NCBI GenBank assembly: GCA_031409335.1 | Contig: JANNWY010000212.1 | Span: forward strand, 32,001 to 96,000 | Origin: Chthoniobacteraceae bacterium | Lineage (GTDB): Bacteria > Verrucomicrobiota > Verrucomicrobiia > Chthoniobacterales > Chthoniobacteraceae | Length of the DNA: 64,000 nt | Direction of reading: 5' to 3' | In this document: positions 1 to 9,644 of the stretch, in pieces | How positions within the stretch are numbered: the stretch's first letter is position 1 | Layout of the letters: each line of letters starts with the position of its first letter | Translations under genes and position numbers: made by a program | The notes under the pieces: model-generated | What the model was told of the DNA's origin: nothing | The model's database searches: none | Seen by the model: the letters and a program-made list of their open reading frames with translations, nothing else

Positions 1-31
1 TACTTCGTTTTGTTGTGGTTCCATATTTCGG

Positions 32-499
32 TTAAGCGATCAACGGCAATTCCGCTCCAAGCACCGCCCCATTGGGATGGTTCATTCCTGTAGTAAGGAT
101 TTTTGTGCCTTCCTTGATCTCACCCATCGCAGCCGCTAAGCGTTCATTAAACGAAGGGCCATTTATCCAAAACTCAAACTCCACACTTCCTACCGTCGCT
201 GCGTCGTCCTCGGATAGACCCGAAAGCCAAATGTCGGTGCGATCCGCAGGCGACCCGGGGACCCACTCGCCATTCACTCCGTACGGAGACGACGCTTGCA
301 CTTCGATGATATTGCCGGGTTGATCGCGGAAGATCGCCAGACAACGCCCGGTGAACCCTGCCAAAGCCTCCCGGGACCATGTGCGGATTTTAGTGATGAT
401 GGTTCGGTCCTGATTGATGGTCATGTCGCAGGACATCCAGAAGGATCGTCCAGGCGTGACGCGGGTCTCTCCGCGTCCGGTGCGTAGTGGTAGTGGCAT
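32..499 (-). CDS. hypothetical protein, divergent from ECF sigma gene
   Basis: 155-aa ATG ORF with globular-looking composition, AT-rich leader upstream; no motif recognised. Confidence 0.6.
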   Translation of the reverse strand: MPLPLRTGRGETRVTPGRSFWMSCDMTINQDRTIITKIRTWSREALAGFTGRCLAIFRDQPGNIIEVQASSPYGVNGEWVPGSPADRTDIWLSGLSEDDAATVGSVEFEFWINGPSFNERLAAAMGEIKEGTKILTTGMNHPNGAVLGAELPLIA

Positions 500-660
500 A
501 GTGATTTGTGTGTTTGGTTTTTTCCTGTTTGCTGTGAGTAGTGGCTGCCATTCGCGTCGCGATGGTTGAGTCTCTCATAGGCGTTACCGTCCCCGTTTCG
601 ATTCGTGACGGCTTTTTCACTTTGAAGCGCGACGCGGCTGCGGTTAGTTGGCGGCGCTTC

Positions 661-1407
661 ATGGAACACGCTGAAACGCCCCCCTTTTCGGAAAAATCGC
701 TGCGAGAATCGGGCGCTTTTGCTCCGACTCGCTGGTCGCTGGTGCGGCGGGCGGTGTTGCAGCCTTCGGCGCTCGGGGAATGGCTCGGGCTTTACTGGTA
801 TCCACTTTATGTCTGGGCGCGGAAGCGCGGGGCGAGCGAGGCGGATGCGGCGGATGGGGTGCAGGGGTTTTTGGAGAAATTGTGCGGGCGGTCGCTGCTG
901 GCGCAGGCCGATGAAAATCGGGGGCGTTTGCGGAGCTGGTTGCTGACGGCGTTTGGGAATCATCTGGCGAATGTGGCGGAGCGGGCGCAGCGGCTGAAGC
1001 GCGGGGGCAGCGCGGAGCATGTGTCGATCGACTGGGGGACGGTGGAGGCGACGTATCAAGTGCATGTTGGGATGGCTCCAGGGGCTTCGCCGGAGGCGCA
1101 GTATGCGCGGGCGTGGGCGCTGACGCTGATGGAGGAGGCGCTGCTGGCGGTGGAGGCGCATTATGCGAAGACGGGGCGCGCGGAGTGGTTTGCGGCGATG
1201 GCTCCGGCGCTGGATGGGCCGCTGGAGGAGGAGACTTTTGGGGAGGTGGCCGCGCGGCTGGGGACGAATGCGGTGGCGCTGCGGCAGGCGGTGCAGCGGT
1301 TGCGGCAGCGCTACCGGCGGTCGCTGCTGGAGATCGCGTCGGAGCGGCTGGGGATTCAGGGCGAGGCGCGGGTGGGGGCGGAGATTCGAGCGATGCTGGG
1401 GGCGTGA
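661..1407 (+). CDS. ECF-type RNA polymerase sigma-70 factor (PVC kinase-associated type)
   Basis: FAPTRWSLV, YWYPLYVWAR, DAADGVQGF, RGRLRSWLL and C-terminal HTH with VQRLRQRYR; ATG at 661; directly upstream of a Ser/Thr kinase. Confidence 0.88.
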   Translation: MEHAETPPFSEKSLRESGAFAPTRWSLVRRAVLQPSALGEWLGLYWYPLYVWARKRGASEADAADGVQGFLEKLCGRSLLAQADENRGRLRSWLLTAFGNHLANVAERAQRLKRGGSAEHVSIDWGTVEATYQVHVGMAPGASPEAQYARAWALTLMEEALLAVEAHYAKTGRAEWFAAMAPALDGPLEEETFGEVAARLGTNAVALRQAVQRLRQRYRRSLLEIASERLGIQGEARVGAEIRAMLGA

Positions 1408-1527
1408 CGGGCTGGGCGAAATGAAATCAGCCACGGAAAATTCACGGATGAAACAGGGAGCGGGAACCGGCAGAATGGGAAATTCAGGGAGGGAACGGCG
1501 AGGCGATCGGAGCGCCAACGGCGCGGC

Positions 1528-1670
1528 ATATCTCAGCCCAGGGCAACGCCCTGGGTGTGCATCCGTCATCGGCGTCAGCCCTGAAGGGGCGGCACAGCCG
1601 GTTGTTTCGCCCCTTCAGGGCTTGGCCGATTTTCGTCAGGTACCCAGGGCGTTGCCCTGGGCTGAGATAT
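1528..1670. repeat. REPIN-like nested inverted repeat
   Basis: Perfect 29-bp arms ATATCTCAGCCCAGGGCAACGCCCTGGGT (1528-1556 / 1642-1670) enclosing 15-bp arms AGCCCTGAAGGGGCG (1577-1591 / 1608-1622). Confidence 0.9.
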
Positions 1671-1750
1671 ATTGCACCTTCGGTGCTGCGGATTTCGCGG
1701 CGGTTCGCGTATTTAGTGGGCATCACAAATTCGGCTTTTCGCGGTAGCGC

Positions 1751-4432
1751 ATGAAGACGATGCCTTCGGAACCCGACCAACCTGCGCGGAAGACGCCGCC
1801 TTTTCTCCGGGGGCTGAATCCGGACGGGCTGGCGGAGGTGTTGGGGGCGAGGCTGGAGAGGCCGGTGGTGCCGGGGTGGCAAATCCTGGAGGTGGCGGGG
1901 GAAGGCGGGTTGGGCGTGGTTTGGCGGGCGGTGCGCGAATCGGATGGCGTGGTGGCGGCAGTGAAAATCGCGCGCGGGGAGGATCAGGATACGGTGGAGC
2001 GGATCGAGGCGGAGGCGTCGGCGCTGCGGGCGCTGGCGCATGGGAATATCGTGCCGCTGCTGGATGCGGGGGCGCTGGAAGATGGCGGGCTGTTTTTGGC
2101 GATGCGTTTCATTCCGGGACCGACGCTGGCGCAGACGATCCCGCCGGGCGGACTGCCGCCGGAGCGCGCGTATGCGCTTTTTCGCGGGATCGCGGCGGCG
2201 GTGGCGCATGCGCATGGGCGCGGGATTTTGCATCGCGATTTGAAGCCCGCGAATATCCTCCTCGCGCCGCCGTCGGCGGAAGGAGGCGAGCCGGTGCCGG
2301 CGGAATCGAGGACGAGGACGAGTTCTGCCGAGCCGGTGCCGATGGTGGCGGATTTCGGGCTGGCGCGTCCGGTGCATGAGCGGGTGGAGCATTTGTCGCT
2401 GACGCAGGCGGGCTTGATCGCGGGGACGGTGGAGTATTTGCCGCCGGAGGCTTATTTGCGCGGGTATCATCCGACGGCGGGCGGCGATGTGTATGCGCTG
2501 GGGGTGATTCTTTATGAAATGCTCGCGGGCACTCCGCCGCGCGGGGCGTGGGCTCCGGCGGCGCAGTTGCGTCGCGTGGATGTGCGCGTGGATGAAGTGC
2601 TGCGGCGCGCGATGCACCCGGAGCCGGCGCGGCGCTGGGGCAGCGTGTCGGAAATGAGCGCGGCGCTGGAGGCGATTCATAAAAGTCCGCCGCGCTTCGC
2701 AGGCTCGCCGCTGGTGACGCAGACGACGCAGACGGCGGATGCGCTTTGGACGGTGCTCGGGCTCGCGCTGGCTTTCGTGACGCTCTGCACGCTGATCCGC
2801 ATGGACAAGGCGATGATCCCGGTGCCCATCGATCTCATCGGCAAACACAGCGTGAAGACGGGCGGATTTCAGGCGCTCTTTTATCTGATGCAGGCGCTCG
2901 TGCCGCTATGCGTGTGGCAGCTCGCGCGGCTGTGGCGATTTCGTCGCGTGCCGCTGCGCGAAGGGCTGCCGAGTCCGTTTGGGTTGCGGCTGGGTGGGGG
3001 AAAGGTCGCGGCGGTGCTGGTCGCGAGCGGGCAGACTTTGTGTCTGCTGCTGCCGCTCTATTTTCTCTACGATCTGTATGTGCAGTGCGGGACGGTGTGG
3101 GTGCGGACGGGCGACGGGCCGTGGGCGCAAGGGCTGTGCGTGACGCCGCGGCTGGGGCCGAATCGCGCGGACGTGCCGAAGGAAGCGCTCTCGCCGTGGG
3201 CCAAGGCGAAGCCGGGCTACACGTATTATTTGAAACACGTCATGGGTCCACCCGAACAGCCGTCGTCGTTTTACTACGATCGCATCGGCTTCATCCCATT
3301 TTACATCCCTGCGGAAATGGTCGCGGTAGCCTCGCTCGCGGGGCTGACGCTGCTGGCGACGCTGGCCGCCGGGCTGCATGGCTGGACGATGCGGCGGCGC
3401 TGGCTGCGCGCGGCGGCGATGCTGACGCTCGCGCCGCTGAGTGCGCTAAGTTTTTCAAATCACTGGCGCTATGAACTGGCGAAGGCCGCAGAGCATCGGC
3501 TGGCGGCTCAAGACACGGCGTGGACGCGGGGTTTCATGCCGGCTCGGTCGAACGCGATGATCAAATCCTATTGGGCGGAACAGCCGGAGGGGCACACGCC
3601 GATCCCGGCCGAATTGGTGGCGCACTATGCGGCAGAGGTGGATTACCGCGACGCGGGAAAGATTGCGCGGGAGCGGATTGCGGAGTTGCACTTGCAGGAC
3701 ATCGCGCGCGGAAAGGCCGAACGGCGGACGATGTGGAATCCGGCGGTCTTTCCCACGATGCCGGGCGTGGTGCCGGGCGATCCACGACGAAAACTCACGG
3801 TGCATCTGGAATACGTGCGGCTGACCGATCCGCCGCCCGCAGACCCGGCAAAGCCGGAAGCTGGACCGTTCGCGACGGCGGCGAACTGCCACCTTTTTCA
3901 AGAGGGAGATTTCAGTCTCACGCCGGGGTTGGAGCCGTTCCGATTTCACAAAGAGGTGCTGCAAGAGGAACTGATTTACAGCGCGGCGAGCTGCCCGCTC
4001 CATGTCGGCGCGGCGGCAAATTGGCACCGGCAATTTCTCGCCGCGCTGGCCACATCACACGCGTCGTCGCCCGCTCCATACGCCGAGGTGCCCGCGACCG
4101 AGCCGCTGCTCGGGCATTTTCACACCGACCTCCTCGTGGCGCTCGACCGCAAGCACGGCGAGGGAGTTCACGACGACTCCATGGACCGTAAGCGCGGCTC
4201 AAAAAATTACCTCCGGTTCACGATCCACGACCTGCGCCGCCGCCCCGGTCTCCAGCCCGCCGGATCGCTCGATCTACGCATCGAACAACTCCCCGGCGCA
4301 CGCGGACGCATCCGCTTTCCCATGCGGGAGCGGACCACCACTGGCGCGATCACCTTCGTCGCCGACCTCGCGCACATCGACGGTGCGTGGCGCTGCGTGC
4401 AGCTCTTTTACGAACCCCCGAATATCCCATGA
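1751..4432 (+). CDS. membrane Ser/Thr protein kinase (Hanks type)
   Basis: GEGGLGVV, AVK, HRDLKPANIL, DFG, GTVEYLPPE, DVYALG; several TM segments follow the kinase domain. Confidence 0.92.
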   Translation: MKTMPSEPDQPARKTPPFLRGLNPDGLAEVLGARLERPVVPGWQILEVAGEGGLGVVWRAVRESDGVVAAVKIARGEDQDTVERIEAEASALRALAHGNIVPLLDAGALEDGGLFLAMRFIPGPTLAQTIPPGGLPPERAYALFRGIAAAVAHAHGRGILHRDLKPANILLAPPSAEGGEPVPAESRTRTSSAEPVPMVADFGLARPVHERVEHLSLTQAGLIAGTVEYLPPEAYLRGYHPTAGGDVYALGVILYEMLAGTPPRGAWAPAAQLRRVDVRVDEVLRRAMHPEPARRWGSVSEMSAALEAIHKSPPRFAGSPLVTQTTQTADALWTVLGLALAFVTLCTLIRMDKAMIPVPIDLIGKHSVKTGGFQALFYLMQALVPLCVWQLARLWRFRRVPLREGLPSPFGLRLGGGKVAAVLVASGQTLCLLLPLYFLYDLYVQCGTVWVRTGDGPWAQGLCVTPRLGPNRADVPKEALSPWAKAKPGYTYYLKHVMGPPEQPSSFYYDRIGFIPFYIPAEMVAVASLAGLTLLATLAAGLHGWTMRRRWLRAAAMLTLAPLSALSFSNHWRYELAKAAEHRLAAQDTAWTRGFMPARSNAMIKSYWAEQPEGHTPIPAELVAHYAAEVDYRDAGKIARERIAELHLQDIARGKAERRTMWNPAVFPTMPGVVPGDPRRKLTVHLEYVRLTDPPPADPAKPEAGPFATAANCHLFQEGDFSLTPGLEPFRFHKEVLQEELIYSAASCPLHVGAAANWHRQFLAALATSHASSPAPYAEVPATEPLLGHFHTDLLVALDRKHGEGVHDDSMDRKRGSKNYLRFTIHDLRRRPGLQPAGSLDLRIEQLPGARGRIRFPMRERTTTGAITFVADLAHIDGAWRCVQLFYEPPNIP

Positions 4433-5322
4433 AATCCATCCCATCCGCCGCCCTCGCCGTTTCACTCTTCATCACCACATCGCTTCCCGTCTTCGCGGAT
4501 GATGAAACCGACTTCGCCACCGCCCCCGATGCCTCGTGGCAACGGGCGAACGCCATTGGCACGGCGGCGTTCTCTTTCGCCGGTGGCGTGGCCACGATCT
4601 CCGCCGCACCACCGCCGCCGGAGCAAGCGCCCTTCATCGGGCGCGCGCGCGGCGCACTACTCGCGCCGACGGAATGGACCGACTGCGCCGTGTCGGTGGA
4701 TGTGGTCGCGTGGAGCGCGACGCGGGTTTTCACGAGTGTGATCACGCGCGTCGGCACGCCCGCCGGACTCGGCACGAGCCGCGGCTACAGCTTCACGCTC
4801 ATCCCTTCCACGGGCGCGGTGGAGATGCACCGGCTCGATGGGGAAATCCCGACAAGACTCAGCTCGACGCAATTCATCAGCATGACGCCCGGCGCGACCT
4901 TCCGCCTCGTGCTCGCGAGTGTGGGCGACCGTCACACCGCGCGCATTTACAACACCGCCGATCTCGCCACCCCGCTCGCGGAGGTTTCCGCATTCGATTC
5001 CACTTACGCCAGCGGACGCTGCGGCATCGTCGCGAGCACCGATTCCTACACGACCATCCAGGCGAGCTATGACAATTTCCTCGCCTGGCCTGGCGTGTCC
5101 GCGCTGCTCACAGTCCTACCTGAGTCGGGAAATTTTGCCGTGGAAACCGACGCCCCTCGTTCGCTTGCGTCGTTTTGGGAAAGCACGGACGATCTTCCCG
5201 GCGGCATCTGGCAGCCCGAATTCCCCTTGCTCACGCAACAGCCCAGCGGTGTGCTCCAGGCGACTTTCGGCCTCGCGGAACCCGCGCGCTTTTTCCGCCT
5301 GCGTCTGCTTGGGTCGCAGTGA
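4429..5322 (+). CDS. secreted hypothetical protein, beta-rich, C-terminal RFFRL motif
   Basis: ATGA overlap with kinase stop; signal peptide MKSIPSAALAVSLFITTSLPVFA; ends ARFFRLRLLGSQ. Confidence 0.75.
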   Translation: MKSIPSAALAVSLFITTSLPVFADDETDFATAPDASWQRANAIGTAAFSFAGGVATISAAPPPPEQAPFIGRARGALLAPTEWTDCAVSVDVVAWSATRVFTSVITRVGTPAGLGTSRGYSFTLIPSTGAVEMHRLDGEIPTRLSSTQFISMTPGATFRLVLASVGDRHTARIYNTADLATPLAEVSAFDSTYASGRCGIVASTDSYTTIQASYDNFLAWPGVSALLTVLPESGNFAVETDAPRSLASFWESTDDLPGGIWQPEFPLLTQQPSGVLQATFGLAEPARFFRLRLLGSQ

Positions 5323-5412
5323 GTGCGGGGGTGTCATGGGAGCGCCAGAACTGCCACCAATTCCACGCGCCGCCGGAGGCCATCCGGCAGTTCGAGGTGG
5401 CGGCGAAGTGAA

Positions 5413-5576
5413 TCCGGGTAGCACGCTCGTCCCGAGCGTTGGTCATGGCGTCCCGCCAGGACGAACTTCCAGCGCTGCCGCTGCGGAAGGCGTGAACGAA
5501 CTCGGACCGATACGTCATGGAAGTCCGCGAAGGCGGGACGCCTTTGCCAACGCTCGGGACGAGCGGGCTACCCGGA
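5413..5576. repeat. GTAG-type REP doublet (REPIN-like) overlapping the valS stop codon
   Basis: 30-bp arms TCCGGGTAGCACGCTCGTCCCGAGCGTTGG (5413-5442) / CCAACGCTCGGGACGAGCGGGCTACCCGGA (5547-5576), 1 mismatch; inner GGCGTCCCGCC / GGCGGGACGCC. Confidence 0.85.
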
Positions 5577-8372
5577 AAGCGCGTCGTGCATTTTTTGAAA
5601 CTGCGCGAGTTTTTCGGACCAGGCGGTTTCGCGCTGGCGGTGTTCTTCGAGCACTTTGGCGGGGACTTTGGCGGCGAAGTTTTCGTCGGCGAGTTTTGCG
5701 CGGACTTTGCCGAGTTCGTCTTCGGCTTTCGCGATCTCTTTGGAAAGGCGGGCGCGCTCCGCTTCCACGTCGATGAGACCTTCGAGGGGAAGGTAAAGCT
5801 CGCCGAGCGGCGTGAGCGCGGTGGGCGTGCCTTTCGGCGCGATCCAATCCGCGCCGACGACATCGAGCGTCTCCGCATTCAAGAGCAGGCGCAGGACGGC
5901 GGCTTCGTGCTCGGGCAGCTCGGTGGCGGGGCGGAAGACGAAACGGACGCGTTTGTTGCTGGCGATGTTGAAATCGCGGCGCAGTCCGCGACCGAGATTC
6001 ACGACTTCGTATTTCGCATTCGCGTAACGCTCGTCGCTTTCATCGAGGCAGAAATGTTCGCGCTCGTTGTGCGTCATGGCGGTGGGCCAGCGCGCGGTCA
6101 TGATCGTGAGCCCGCCTTGATCGGCAGGCAGGTCCGTGGCGTAGCCGAGGCTTTGCCACAGCTCTTCGGTGATGAATGGGAGCATCGGATGGAGCAGGCG
6201 CAGGGTGTGGCCGAGCACGAAATCCATCACGGCGAGCGTGTTTGCTTTGCGCGCGTCGGGCGCGTCCGCCGGGTTGCCGACGCGGACCTTGCTGGCCTCG
6301 AGATACCAGTCGCAATACTCGTTCCAAAAGAAGCGGTAGAGCACTTGGGTCGCCTCGGTGAAATTGTAGCCGTGCAGCGCGAGCGACGTTTCGCGGACGG
6401 CAACGTCGAGCCGCATCAGGATCCATTTGTCGTCGCTCGTGAGCAGCGCGGGGTCGATCTCGGCCTCGGTTTCGCCGCCGTGCATTTGGCGGAAACGCGT
6501 GGCGTTCCAGAGCTTCGTGCAGAAGTTGCGGCCGAGTTCGACGTTCTTTTCGTCGAAGAGAATATCCGCGCCGAGCGGCGCGCTGCGCATCACGCCGAGC
6601 CGCAGCGCGTCCGCGCCGTAGTTCGCGATGAGATCAAGCGGGTCGGGCGAATTGCCGAGCGACTTCGACATTTTGCGGCCCTGTTTGTCGCGGATGATGC
6701 CGGTGAAATAGACGTTCATGAACGGCTTTTCGCCCATCCATTCGTAGCCGGCCATGATCATGCGCGCGACCCAGAAGAAGATGATGTCCGGCCCGGTGAC
6801 GAGATCGTTCGTGGGATAAAACTGGTTCAGCGTGTCCGTGTTTTCCGGCCAGCCCATCGTGGCGAAAGGCCACAGCCAGCTCGAAAACCAGGTGTCGAGA
6901 ACGTCGGGATCTTGCGTCCAATTTTCCGCGTCGGGCGGCGGCTCGATGCCGACGTAAATCTCGCCCGCGCCGATCACGCACGCCGTGCCGGATTCCGAAA
7001 GCTGCGACGGCGAAGCATCTGTGTTTCGATACCACACGGGCACGCGATGTCCCCACCAGAGCTGCCGGGAGATGCACCAGTCTTGCAGATTGCCCATCCA
7101 GTGATCGTACACTTTCGACCAGCGATCGGGAAAAAAGCGCGTCTCGCTGCTGGCGACGACGTTCCGCGCATCCTGCTGGCTCGGGTATTTCAGGAACCAT
7201 TGCTCGCTGAGCCGCGGCTCGATCGGCACGTCGGCGCGTTCGCTGTAGCCGACGTTGTTTTGGTAAGGCTCCTCCTTTTCGAGCGCGCCGAGTTCCTTCA
7301 GAATCTCGACGGCTTTCGTGCGAGCATCGAAGCGATCAAGGCCCGCGAGATCGGCTCCGGCGGCGGTGCTCATGGTGCCGCGGGCGTCGATGACTTCGAT
7401 GGCGGGCAGGCCGTGGCGCTGGCCGATCTCGAAATCCGCCTTGTCGTGCGCGGGCGTGACTTTCAAAACGCCAGTGCCGAAATCGAACACGACGGCATCA
7501 TCGCCCACGATCGGGATGGGTGCCTGATTTTCGCGGGGCAGCGGACGGCGCACATGCTTGCCGATGAGGTGCGCATAGCGCGCGTCCTTCGGATTCACCG
7601 CGACGGCGGAATCGCCGGGAATGGTCTCGGGTCGCGTCGTGGCGATGGTAAGCCATTCCCCTCCAACTCCTGATCTTGATCCTGCTCTTGCTCTTGATCC
7701 TTCCGAATCCGACGAGGGATCAGGATCAGGATCAGGAATCACCTCGACTTTGAAATAATAGAGCGTGCCGTTCGTCGGCTTCATCGTGACCTCCTCGTCG
7801 CTCAGCGCCGTCAGCGCGGCGGGACACCAATTTACCATGCGCTTTCCGCGATAGATCATCCCCTTTTTGTAGAGATCGACGAAGACGCTCTGCACGCAGC
7901 GCGAATACTCCGGGTCCATCGTGAAACGCGTGCGCGACCAGTCGCACGATGCGCCGAGCGCGCGGAGCTGTTGTAAAATGATGCCGCCGTATTTCTCCTT
8001 CCACTCCCAGATTTTCGCGACGAGCGCCTCGCGCCCGAGATCGTCGCGATGTTTCATCTCGCCGGATTTACGCAGCGATTTTTCGACGACATTCTGCGTG
8101 GCGATGCCAGCGTGATCGGTGCCCGGAAGCCACAGCACTTCCTTCCCCATCATCCGCGCGCGGCGGGCGAGGATGTCCTGGATGGTGTTATTTAGAACAT
8201 GTCCGAGGGTGAGGACGCCGGTGACATTTGGCGGCGGGATGACGATGGAATACCCAGGCCGCATCGCTGAAACGCGCTCGGGCCGGGCGGTGAAACATTC
8301 GTGCTCCAGCCAGTACGCATACCACTTCGCTTCGACGGAAGCGGGCGTGTAGGTGGCGGCGATTTCTGGCAT
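5568..8372 (-). CDS. valS: valine--tRNA ligase
   Basis: PPPNVTGVLTLGH (HIGH region), ATTRPET, DWCISRQLWWGH, KMSKS, C-terminal coiled coil. Confidence 0.98.
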   Translation of the reverse strand: MPEIAATYTPASVEAKWYAYWLEHECFTARPERVSAMRPGYSIVIPPPNVTGVLTLGHVLNNTIQDILARRARMMGKEVLWLPGTDHAGIATQNVVEKSLRKSGEMKHRDDLGREALVAKIWEWKEKYGGIILQQLRALGASCDWSRTRFTMDPEYSRCVQSVFVDLYKKGMIYRGKRMVNWCPAALTALSDEEVTMKPTNGTLYYFKVEVIPDPDPDPSSDSEGSRARAGSRSGVGGEWLTIATTRPETIPGDSAVAVNPKDARYAHLIGKHVRRPLPRENQAPIPIVGDDAVVFDFGTGVLKVTPAHDKADFEIGQRHGLPAIEVIDARGTMSTAAGADLAGLDRFDARTKAVEILKELGALEKEEPYQNNVGYSERADVPIEPRLSEQWFLKYPSQQDARNVVASSETRFFPDRWSKVYDHWMGNLQDWCISRQLWWGHRVPVWYRNTDASPSQLSESGTACVIGAGEIYVGIEPPPDAENWTQDPDVLDTWFSSWLWPFATMGWPENTDTLNQFYPTNDLVTGPDIIFFWVARMIMAGYEWMGEKPFMNVYFTGIIRDKQGRKMSKSLGNSPDPLDLIANYGADALRLGVMRSAPLGADILFDEKNVELGRNFCTKLWNATRFRQMHGGETEAEIDPALLTSDDKWILMRLDVAVRETSLALHGYNFTEATQVLYRFFWNEYCDWYLEASKVRVGNPADAPDARKANTLAVMDFVLGHTLRLLHPMLPFITEELWQSLGYATDLPADQGGLTIMTARWPTAMTHNEREHFCLDESDERYANAKYEVVNLGRGLRRDFNIASNKRVRFVFRPATELPEHEAAVLRLLLNAETLDVVGADWIAPKGTPTALTPLGELYLPLEGLIDVEAERARLSKEIAKAEDELGKVRAKLADENFAAKVPAKVLEEHRQRETAWSEKLAQFQKMHDALSG
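7668..7737. repeat. inverted hexamer repeat inserted in frame in valS
   Basis: (TCYTGM)x5 at 7668-7697 facing (TCAGGA)x3 at 7720-7737; encodes PDPDPDPSSDSEGSRARAGSRSG. Confidence 0.8.
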
Positions 8373-8458
8373 AAAGCGCGGACGTTGAACGATGCGAAGA
8401 CGCTTGGCAACGCTGCGGTGCGCTTGCGCTGCGGGGCGCTTCTGCTTTAGTCGCGGCC

Positions 8459-8686
8459 ATGTCGCCCGATCGCATTCGTGAAAAGATTCACGCCACGCCG
8501 TTCGTTCCTTTCGTCGTGGAGATGATGGGCGGAAAGCGCGTGCGGGTGAAGGGTCACGACTATGTGATCCTGTCGCCGGCTGGGCGGACGCTGATCGTGT
8601 ATGACGACTCGGAGCGGGTGGAAATGCTGGACGTTTCGCAGATCAAGGACATCGCGGACGACGGGGCGGAAGCAGCGACGGTGTAG
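8459..8686 (+). CDS. small hypothetical protein (PFVPF...G.R..V..H type)
   Basis: 75-aa ATG ORF divergent from valS, resembling small proteins common in PVC genomes. Confidence 0.7.
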   Translation: MSPDRIREKIHATPFVPFVVEMMGGKRVRVKGHDYVILSPAGRTLIVYDDSERVEMLDVSQIKDIADDGAEAATV

Positions 8687-8719
8687 GTGCGGCGGCGCTT
8701 GGCGATAGGAACGAAATTT

Positions 8720-9247
8720 ATGCCTGACGACTCGCGCACGAACCAACCCCCGCAACGCATCGGGTGGACCACGCCGCTTTTGGGGCTCATTGTGATCGCG
8801 CTGCTGATCGCCGTGACGGGGCTGCTTTCCGACCGCGCGCTGAATAACAAGCGGGTGGAGACGCAGCGGGCGGCGGAGATGGATCGGGCGGCAACGGCGG
8901 AGGCGGGTGCGCGGCAGCAGATCGAGGATATGACGAGGGAAGCGGCGCAGCGCGAGGCGGTGTTTGCGGGGCGGGAAGGGGAGCTGCGCCAGCGCGAGGT
9001 GGCCATCGCCGGGCGCGAAAACGCGGCGACAGAGCGGACGGAGAGCAGCTTTCAGGGGCTGCTGATCCAGCAGCAGCTCACGAAGAATCTCGAAGCCTTA
9101 AAGGCCAGCTTCCCCGACCTGACGCCGGAGATGGAGCGCCTGGCACGCGAGCACGCGCAGGCTGAAGCAGAGCGGCAGCGTCTTCAAAAAGAGAACGTGG
9201 AACTGAGGCGGAAAGTGAAAGCGCCCGAACCCTTGGAAAGCCGGTGA
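8720..9247 (+). CDS. hypothetical membrane-anchored coiled-coil protein
   Basis: N-terminal hydrophobic helix LLGLIVIALLIAVTGLL followed by an E/R/Q-rich helix. Confidence 0.7.
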   Translation: MPDDSRTNQPPQRIGWTTPLLGLIVIALLIAVTGLLSDRALNNKRVETQRAAEMDRAATAEAGARQQIEDMTREAAQREAVFAGREGELRQREVAIAGRENAATERTESSFQGLLIQQQLTKNLEALKASFPDLTPEMERLAREHAQAEAERQRLQKENVELRRKVKAPEPLESR

Positions 9248-9317
9248 ATCCAGTGTTTATCGGGCTTTACGGATTAACCCTCGCGGGTGCGCATGGCGTG
9301 TGCTTGAGTCAAAACGA

Positions 9318-9629
9318 ATGAACAGTTCGGGCCAGAAAACCGGGGTCTCGATTGCGGTGATGATCTGCGTCATCATCGTCGCGGGAATCGCCGTGGACTG
9401 GTGGGACGCGCGCCAGTCGCATATGGCGTCAAAGCCGGCGTTGGAGGTGGTGAGCGGGGATGCCACTGTGAAGCGGCTGGTGGACGAGAATGAACGGCTG
9501 AAGACGGACATCGCGCTGCTCAACATGCAGAACGATTCGCTTCGCAAGCAGATCGATGAGCTGAATCAAAAGCCAGTCGAGCCGCCGAAAGTGGAAGTCG
9601 TCAAGGGTGACAAGCCAGGCGAGGACTGA
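9318..9629 (+). CDS. hypothetical membrane-anchored coiled-coil protein
   Basis: TM helix VSIAVMICVIIVAGIAV followed by heptad pattern LVDENERLKTDIALLNMQNDSLRKQIDEL. Confidence 0.65.
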   Translation: MNSSGQKTGVSIAVMICVIIVAGIAVDWWDARQSHMASKPALEVVSGDATVKRLVDENERLKTDIALLNMQNDSLRKQIDELNQKPVEPPKVEVVKGDKPGED

Positions 9630-9644
9630 GGAGCGCGCCGCTTT

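Noticed and set aside
5517..7673. 718-aa plus-strand ORF (likewise 22182-23444, 51739-53835, 55655-57523, 57784-59697, 61396-63057)
   Set aside because: Antisense shadows of well-supported genes in high-GC DNA; no motifs of their own
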